The notes beneath the pieces were generated by a model. It saw nothing but the letters and a program-made list of their open reading frames with translations. It had not been told where the DNA came from and ran no database searches. A program made the translations under genes and the position numbers. A DNA stretch of 63,432 nucleotides, counting the filler, from Octopus bimaculoides (Eukaryota), in NCBI RefSeq assembly GCF_001194135.2. It is 5 parts of 5 records of this genome, joined end to end, with 100 filler letters (N's around TTAATTAATTAA, not from the genome) between each part and the next. Parts side by side here need not be neighbours in the genome. Positions count along the whole stretch, not along the records: positions 53,279 to 61,420 come from NC_068997.1; positions 61,521 to 63,432 come from NC_068984.1; 3 more parts are not named here. One strand, written 5' to 3'. Positions 55,675 to 63,432 of this stretch are shown here, in pieces. The first letter of the stretch is position 1; each line of letters begins with the position of its first letter.

Positions 55675-56055
55675 TCATTTATACCAACGAAACGTACTTC
55701 TTATGATATGCGTACATTTCAGAGCATTATTCTTTACTTTATTGATCAATTTATCCTTAGAGAAGAGTATGTAGTATAGTTCTACCGTACAGAGCGAACA
55801 ATACTTTCTTCCTCTCTCATATGGCATTGATCTTGCTATTATAGACCATTCTAATGAATACTGTTTATTATTTTCCTTAAGATCCCAGACGTATTTGCTA
55901 AGACTAGCCATTTTCTTCCTATCTCTAAAGCACGAGAAATGGTTAGAAATTCTACGGCATACCTGTCCTGAAGTGCACCCCAAGTATGTCATGGTACCTG
56001 TTTGAGTCTTTACTTTGCATTGATATATTATATTTTTGACTTTCGCATTAGGTCC
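55675..56055 (-). mobile_element. Penelope-like element GIY-YIG endonuclease fragment, in frame
   Basis: KNIIYQCKVKTQTGTMTYLGCTSGQVCRRISNHFSCFR..LSKYVWDLKE..LEWSIIARSMPY..CSLCTVELYYIL..LIN..KCTH. Confidence 0.85.
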
Positions 56056-56070
56056 TTCATATATATATAT

Positions 56071-56182
56071 ACACCTGCTCCGTAAAATTGTGTTGACTGT
56101 TCTTTGAGCTACTTCTTCACTACAGTTTTCACTTCTCCGTCACTGGAATAATGTTTCCCTCTCAAACCCTCTTTCATGGGGC
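56071..56182 (-). mobile_element. Mariner transposase C-terminal fragment, inverted
   Basis: GPMKEGLRGKHYSSDGEVKTVVKK*LKEQSTQFYGAGV. Confidence 0.8.
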
Positions 56183-56464
56183 CGAAGAGATAATCTGAAG
56201 GCGCTAAATTATTCCAGTGACGAGGAAATGAGAACTGTAGTAAAGATGTGGCTCAAATAACATTCAACAGAATTTTACGGGGCAGGGATACATACTCACA
56301 TTCGAAGGTGGAACATTGCTATTGAGAAAAACAGGGACTATGCTGACAAATAGAGATGTGATCCACGGAGGATCAGCATCATTTTGATGCATGATACATG
56401 TTTCTGTGTTGGTAATTATACCTGTCCTAAACAAAATGGCATTACTTTTTGACTCACCCTCGTA
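56178..56464 (+). mobile_element. Mariner 3' end with right TIR and TA
   Basis: YSSDEEMRTVVKMWLK*HSTEFYGAGIHTHIRRWNIAIEKNRDYADK*, then ggcattactttttgactcaccctcg followed by TA (56438-56464). Confidence 0.85.
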
Positions 56465-56787
56465 TATTAACATGCACGACACCCACGCACGCACACAAAC
56501 ACTTAAACACACACACACACATACAATCGCTCACTCACAAATACATACAAAATATATGACAACATATACCAGTATACACACAAAGAAATCAAATTAAGAT
56601 AATGCATGTGTTGTGTTGCAAATGCAAACTTAAGGTGTGGTACACTTAAGAGTTATCTATGATTTTTAATCAATTAGGGATAAAAAGAAAAACCTTCAAA
56701 TAACAATCGTAAGAAAATAAATGGACGAATGTATATTTTGCGCTGTCTTTCTCTTTCTCTCTCTCTCACTCTATATATATTCATACG

Positions 56788-56828
<41 letters not shown>

Positions 56829-56829
56829 C

Positions 56830-56860
<31 letters not shown>

Positions 56861-57197
56861 AAAAAGTGTAGGAGGCATGTATGTATGTATGTATGTATGT
56901 ATGTATGTGCATGTACACACTCACACACTCAAACACACACACAAGCACTCACATGAATGAATCATGTTCAGTCAAGTGGTGAATCACAGCAATAACTATG
57001 ACTGCATTTTGGATTAATCTAACGTATGTAAGCTTATTTATACATACATACATACATACATACATACATACATACATACGTACGTACATACATACGTACA
57101 TTTATACATACAGACAGGCAGATAGACAGACACACATACACACACACATAAGTTTGTGATGTATTTAGAGGAGAGAGAGAGAAGTCGAGGAAGAGTA

Positions 57198-57273
<76 letters not shown>

Positions 57274-57277
57274 ACAA

Positions 57278-57341
<64 letters not shown>

Positions 57342-57604
57342 ATGTTTGTATGTATATATACTCGAATTCTGAGATGACGTTATTCTTAATAGTTAAGTCC
57401 GAACAACAGTGAATATGTCGAAACGTCTTGTATTATATTTCAGTAAGTTTACTTTCATTCTAATAACTTATTATTCCAATTTTTTCCGTACCTCTTTTCA
57501 CCCAACCGCCATATAATCAAATCCAAATCATAAGTGACCACCCCGTCTTTCTTTCAGACATTGTGAAACTAATCTACATTAATCAAATTCTCTTTTCTTT
57601 TATT

Positions 57605-57790
57605 CGTTTACTTGTTTCAGTCGTTTGACTGCAGCAAAGCCGAAGCACCGCTTTTTAGTCGAACAGATCGACCCCAGGGCTTGCTTTTTGCAAGCTTGGT
57701 ATTTAGTCTATTGTTCTCTTTCGCCGAATTGTTATGTTACAGGGATATAAACATACCAACATCGGTTGCCAAGCGATGGTGGGGTGGAGG
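57605..57790 (-). mobile_element. SINE 3' tail
   Basis: ttacttgtttcagtcgtttgactgcagc..gccgaattgttatgttac..caacatcggttgccaagcgatgg. Confidence 0.65.
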
Positions 57791-58572
57791 GCAAACACAG
57801 ACACAATGTGACCTTTCTTTTTAAATCCCCAATTTGTTTGGAAAGTATTTTGATCTGAACCCGTGTCAAGCATTTAAAAGACAAACAAATATGAACCCAT
57901 TGAGGAAGATGGCGTGGCGAAAAATAATTTTTGTAGATTATTTCGAAAGAAGAATGTGAAGTGAAATATAGACAAGCAGCAACCGTTGATTTTTTTATAG
58001 GCTCTTCCCAACTATAACAACATTTATTTGTTTTACTTATTTTTTAGTAAAATAAGTAATTTACGGTAGTGATGACACTTGAGGTTTGGCACGGTTAAGA
58101 ATGATACTTGACAGTGTTAGGCTTCCAAGTGGGTGGTTATAGAGCCTGTAGGTTCAGAAGAGCATAATAATAAGAAAGCTGACGCCGCATGTCTGGCGGT
58201 CGGAGATGTATACAGCCAACATTTTACCCGTGGATAGTGATGTTACCAAATAATCAAATAGAAAATAAGTGAAACACTCATGCATGAATTTGTGTCAATT
58301 GTGTGTGAATAATAATATTGTTATTTATTATGTGCTTGTTGTTTAGTTCCAGCTTCTACCTGGGTCGACAGATAAATGATCGAAACACCATTCACATGTT
58401 CATTTTTGGTTGTAGTGTGTACATTTAGGAAATTTGGTTGGCTGTTTTGACTGATAAAGCGACCACGTAAAAACTACCTTGTTATTGCGCAGACACATGC
58501 TCGCCCCCACTCTCTCTCTCTCAAATACACACACATTATTTATATGTATATGTATGTATATATTATATATGA

Positions 58573-58615
<43 letters not shown>

Positions 58616-59470
58616 CATATACATACACACACAAATTGTTTATAAATTTACTAGTGGATATGAGTCGAAACAGTTTGTTAGCTTTATATATATTTTAATT
58701 ATTTGTTATGTTATCTTATATCTAGTACATATAAATCACAGTATGTGTGTGTATAATGACTAATGCATACATTTCCACAATTCTCAATCGATTTTCACCA
58801 AACTTTACACACACGTTACTTATGTCCTAAGGATGGTCCATTTTGCCCAGAGCTCCCGCGTAAATAGACGCAATTGACAGTTTTTGTATGTAGGGTCTTC
58901 GATACTTTAAAAATCTTTTTTGTAAAAGTAAAAGAATTATTGCTTTATGGTGGTTTTGACTGATATTTATCGACATGTAAGGGTTTTTGCAACCCTCTCC
59001 ATTATAATCGGGTTTTATTCATAATTATGCATGCTTCCTTTATGAAATTTATGGTTACATGTTTTGGCCATAGATACATGTGCAGATTTAGACGTATATT
59101 TGAATATAATTGTGCGCGTGTGGGTACGTGCGTGTGTACGGATATGTATATGTGTACATGTATGGTTGCATATATCTATGTGCATATATAGGCGTATGTG
59201 TGGATGTGCATGTATGTGTTTCACGCGAGTGTAAGCGAGCATACGCATATAGGCACATGTACCTGGGTGTGCATGCGCGCATGTGTATGTATGCTCATGC
59301 GTGCATACGCGATTTCTATGAGCATTTTTACATTTTTTACTTTCTTCCCTTCGGTTTTTTCCCTTTATTTGAAGGTCATTCTAATAGCTCTTTTGTCTTA
59401 ATAACGGTCAATTTACAGAGTAATTTCCCTTTGTTTAACAGTCATTTTCTTAGCATTTTTTGATTGCCTT

Positions 59471-59531
59471 GATAACTGACGAGATTCCGGAGCAGATTTC
59501 CGCCCCGACATCCGAAACTCGGAGTCTTACT
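59471..59531 (+). ncRNA. Type-I hammerhead ribozyme candidate
   Basis: gauaa-CUGACGA-G..gacaucC-GAAA-CUC(g)GAG-UC-uuacu. The core is canonical, with a GUC cleavage triplet, a short near-palindromic stem III and a partial stem I. Stem II is imperfect. Confidence 0.55.
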
Positions 59532-60585
59532 ATGGCAACCGAATAATTGTTACATATTATATTACAGATAAATTCCTCTATTTACATAATATCGAGGTCT
59601 GATTCATTCTTTTGTTTTCATACCATTACTATTAATAATATACATACATACATACATACATACATAAATACATATATACATATATATATATATANNNNNN
59701 NNNNNNNNNNNNNNNNNNNNNNNNNNNNNNNNNNNNNNNNNNNNNNNNNNNNNNNNNNNNNNNNNNNNNNNNNNNNNNNNNNNNNNNNNNNNNNNNNNNN
59801 NNNNNNNNNNNNNNNNNNNNNNNNNNNNNNNNNNNNNNNNNNNNNNNNNNNNNNNNNNNNNNNNNNNNNNNNNNNNNNNNNNNNNNNNNNNNNNNNNNNN
59901 NNNNNNNNNNNNNNNNNNNNNNNNNNNNNNNNNNNNNNNNNNNNNNNNNNNNNNNNNNNNNNNNNNNNNNNNNNNNNNNNNNNNNNNNNNNNNNNNNNNN
60001 NNNNNNNNNNNNNNNNNNNNNNNNNNNNNNNNNNNNNNNNNNNNNNNNNNNNNNNNNNNNNNNNNNNNNNNNNNNNNNNNNNNNNNNNNNNNNNNNNNNN
60101 NNNNNNNNNNNNNNNNNNNNNNNNNNNNNNNNNNNNNNNNNNNNNNNNNNNNNNNNNNNNNNNNNNNNNNNNNNNNNNNNNNNNNNNNNNNNNNNNNNNN
60201 NNNNNNNNNNNNNNNNNNNNNNNNNNNNNNNNNNNNNNNNNNNNNNNNNNNNNNNNNNNNNNNNNNNNNNNNNNNNNNNNNNNNNNNNNNNNNNNNNNNN
60301 NNNNNNNNNNNNNNNNNNNNNNNNNNNNNNNNNNNNNNNNNNNNNNNNNNNNNNNNNNNNNNNNNNNNNNNNNNNNNNNNNNNNNNNNNNNNNNNNNNNN
60401 NNNNNNNNNNNNNNNNNNNNNNNNNNNNNNNNNNNNNNNNNNNNNNNNNNNNNNNNNNNNNNNNNNNNNNNNNNNNNNNNNNNNNNNNNNNNNNNNNNNN
60501 NNNNNNNNNNNNNNNNNNNNNNNNNNNNNNNNNNNNNNNNNNNNNNNNNNNNNNNNNNNNNNNNNNNNNNNNNNNNNNNNNNNNN

Positions 60586-60655
<70 letters not shown>

Positions 60656-61000
60656 TTTAAAATAAAAAAATAAAGAAAATATTAAACATTTTCATACAGA
60701 TGTTTTTATCTAAATACATTCAAAATATGCATAGAAATTAGATAATAAAACGAATAGTAGATTACCGGTAAAGCGCGGTCACTTTCATAGTGTTCGTTAC
60801 GTATATGGTAAAGGAACACGCAATAGTGAGAAAAGCTTGCACGTGGGCGTTTATACACCTTTATCTATTAATGGCTATTTTAAATACTGTTTCTCGCTGT
60901 ATTGCGTGTTCGTTTCTTTTCTGCATCTTTGATTCTCTTTTATTTTTGATATTCTATATAAATGAAGATATATTCTTTGTTTTGCTGCTTNNNNNNNNNN

Positions 61001-61031
61001 AAGGGGCAAACACCCTGAAACTAGTCTGTAG
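61001..61031 (+). ncRNA. 3' half of a hammerhead-like motif; the 5' core would fall in the 10-N gap
   Basis: a-AGGG(gcaaaca)CCCU-GAAA-CUAG-UC with a palindromic stem III. Confidence 0.4.
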
Positions 61032-61420
61032 ATGCCAGACCAGCAAAGGGGAAGCGACTGACCTTCCCTATTCGAAGGTTATAATGGACACAGGTTCGTG
61101 TATCACATAGCTAGCTAGAGGCGATGGCCTCTTGGAGCTAATCAACGGCAGCATTCGTCCTATTTTTGGGACTGTCATGTTGGCTTGGCGATAACTATAT
61201 ATATACAGCTGTAAGACATTGTCCTTTCTTCGGTCACTAGATGTCCTTATTAATTTTAATTGCTGATATGACACAATATGCCATATGTTTGTGTATATTG
61301 TTTTCATTGTCCTCTTAGTTGGAAAATAACCTGATAAATTGACATACAAATGCAAGTTGATGAGTACCACATATTCCCCTCTATTTTCTTATTGCTATAT
61401 ATATATATATATATATATAT

Positions 61421-61520
61421 NNNNNNNNNNNNNNNNNNNNNNNNNNNNNNNNNNNNNNNNNNNNTTAATTAATTAANNNNNNNNNNNNNNNNNNNNNNNN
61501 NNNNNNNNNNNNNNNNNNNN
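61421..61520. other. Artificial scaffold linker
   Basis: N44-TTAATTAATTAA-N44. Confidence 0.95.
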
Positions 61521-61563
<43 letters not shown>

Positions 61564-61993
61564 AGAGGGAAGGAAGAGAGAGAAAGGAGAAGGTAAGGTG
61601 TGGAAGCTTTAGGATCTAATAAAATCGTTGCTTAATGATTTTGGCAGGAGCTAGTGACAATTAACGTTGGCAAATATATATATCATCTTCTATAAACTGA
61701 GACTGAAGCATCGTATGAGGTAAAGCTGTGTCAGAAGATCAGACAGAGAGAAAACTTTTGCCTAACCTGCTTCTGGTGGGTTTCAATTATTGCTAATCAT
61801 AGACGTATTTTTAGCTGAAACTATTCCGTTCATTGGCCGCACAAACTAATTCTTCTCAAATACTCTTTCATACGTAGACACCATAAGTGAGATAAATACG
61901 TGTATGTGTGTATGCATGGATACAAGTATACGTGTGTGGCTGTTTGGATACATACACATACACACAGAGTGACAATCTCGCATAGTCACACAC

Positions 61994-62097
<104 letters not shown>

Positions 62098-62143
62098 AAT
62101 GGTAGATAGAGAGATAGATAGATAGATAGACAGATAGACAAAG

Positions 62144-62182
<39 letters not shown>

Positions 62183-62781
62183 CGTTTATATAAGCCTAAG
62201 CGAAAATATATATCGAATCGTACGTATAATTAATTCCGCAAAGATACATTCAAAACACCCCCCCACACACACACACACACGAATACACACACACACACAC
62301 ACACACGCACACACGCAGGTACGCACGCAAACACGTACCCAAACGCGAACGCACGTTCACAATCATCAACAGCATCATGAAAATGAGACAAACAAACGCT
62401 AATATTTTCATATGTTAATATAAGTCTCGTATACATTTGCATGTCGTCATCGCCGTAGTTGTTGCTGTTGATGGTCGCAGCTGTTGTTGTTGTTGTTGTT
62501 ATTGTTACTCTTGCTGTTGTTCCTGTTCTTCAGCTGAGGCCAACAGTGATTGAGGAAACTCATTTCAAAAGGATTCCAGATTTAAACAATCCTGTGTTTC
62601 ATGCTTTTTATCTTCTGTCCATCGCATCCTACAACTACAATAACCACTGTGTTTTTTTTCCCCTTTTCATTTTTAATTTACTATTTTCGAGTCAATACTG
62701 TTCGTTCGAGCAGCAACGTTGCCGCTACATCGTTGATACGTAAGCATTTGCACACAAGTGTAGGTATATGTGTGTGCGCAT

Positions 62782-62830
<49 letters not shown>

Positions 62831-63028
62831 TGTGTGCGTGTGTTTGTGTGTGTCTGTGTGTTTATGTACCTATGACTGTGTTTATACGTCTCGGTATATC
62901 TGTGAGACCAAGCATGATGAATAGCTGTAATGAAGAAACGATCAACGTTTTGCTTTCATCTTCATCGAGATGAGAATTACCGGAAGCGAACTCACACACC
63001 TATGTGTTATGATATATACTCAGAGGGA

Positions 63029-63062
<34 letters not shown>

Positions 63063-63432
63063 GCACACTGTGTGTGTTTCTTTGTTTGTTTGAGTGCTTG
63101 TTTGCGTATATGTGTGTATGTTCACGCGCATATAGACATATGTATATACAAGTGCGTGTGTGTGTCTATAGTTTAAATTTACAGAGAACAAAAGACAAAG
63201 ACACGTGAGGGAACAGCAAGCAGGTGCATTAGTTTGACGCTCAGGAAGAATGGAAAACTTTTTGACATTTCGAGCGTACGCTCCTCGACAGAAGGTGTTA
63301 AGAGGAGAAAATGGAGAAAGAACGAAAAATATACGGACAGAGCAAACAAAATGTGTACGGATCAACGGTTCAACATGATGAAATACATACATACATACAT
63401 ACATACGTACATACATACATATATATGTGTAT

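Noticed and set aside
57369-57427. Hammerhead-like CTGAGATGAC..GTCGAAACGTC
   Set aside because: The core is one base short and stem I does not pair. At best it is a decayed copy.

Overview
AT-rich, microsatellite-saturated animal DNA, most likely octopus. That is an inference from the [17 protein letters not shown] finger style, the SINE families and the repeat density. The window is not contiguous: four artificial N44-TTAATTAATTAA-N44 linkers split it into five scaffolds (about 1-20525, 20626-33253, 33354-53178, 53279-61420, 61521-63432). Scaffold 1 is a C2H2 zinc-finger cluster of four paralogues with single coding exons: one partial, one intact, two frameshifted. Decayed CR1/L2-like, RTE and Penelope-like pieces lie between them. 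Two of the genes share an NRF1/ETS-like upstream block. Scaffold 2 holds an internally deleted Ty3/gypsy element, many tRNA-derived SINEs, and a head-to-head inverted pair of an element made of a tRNA-like head, (AAT)n and a hammerhead-ribozyme-like core. Scaffold 3 contains a 595-codon Lys-rich/Glu-rich orphan ORF. Scaffold 4 has a Penelope GIY-YIG fragment, a mariner fold-back and further hammerhead-like cores. The best lead is a set of minimal type-I hammerhead-like motifs in short non-autonomous elements, one tRNA-headed, in a genome that also carries Penelope endonuclease relics. Most ORFs in the track are microsatellite, antisense or N-gap artefacts. All family assignments come from recalled motifs; no database searches were run.
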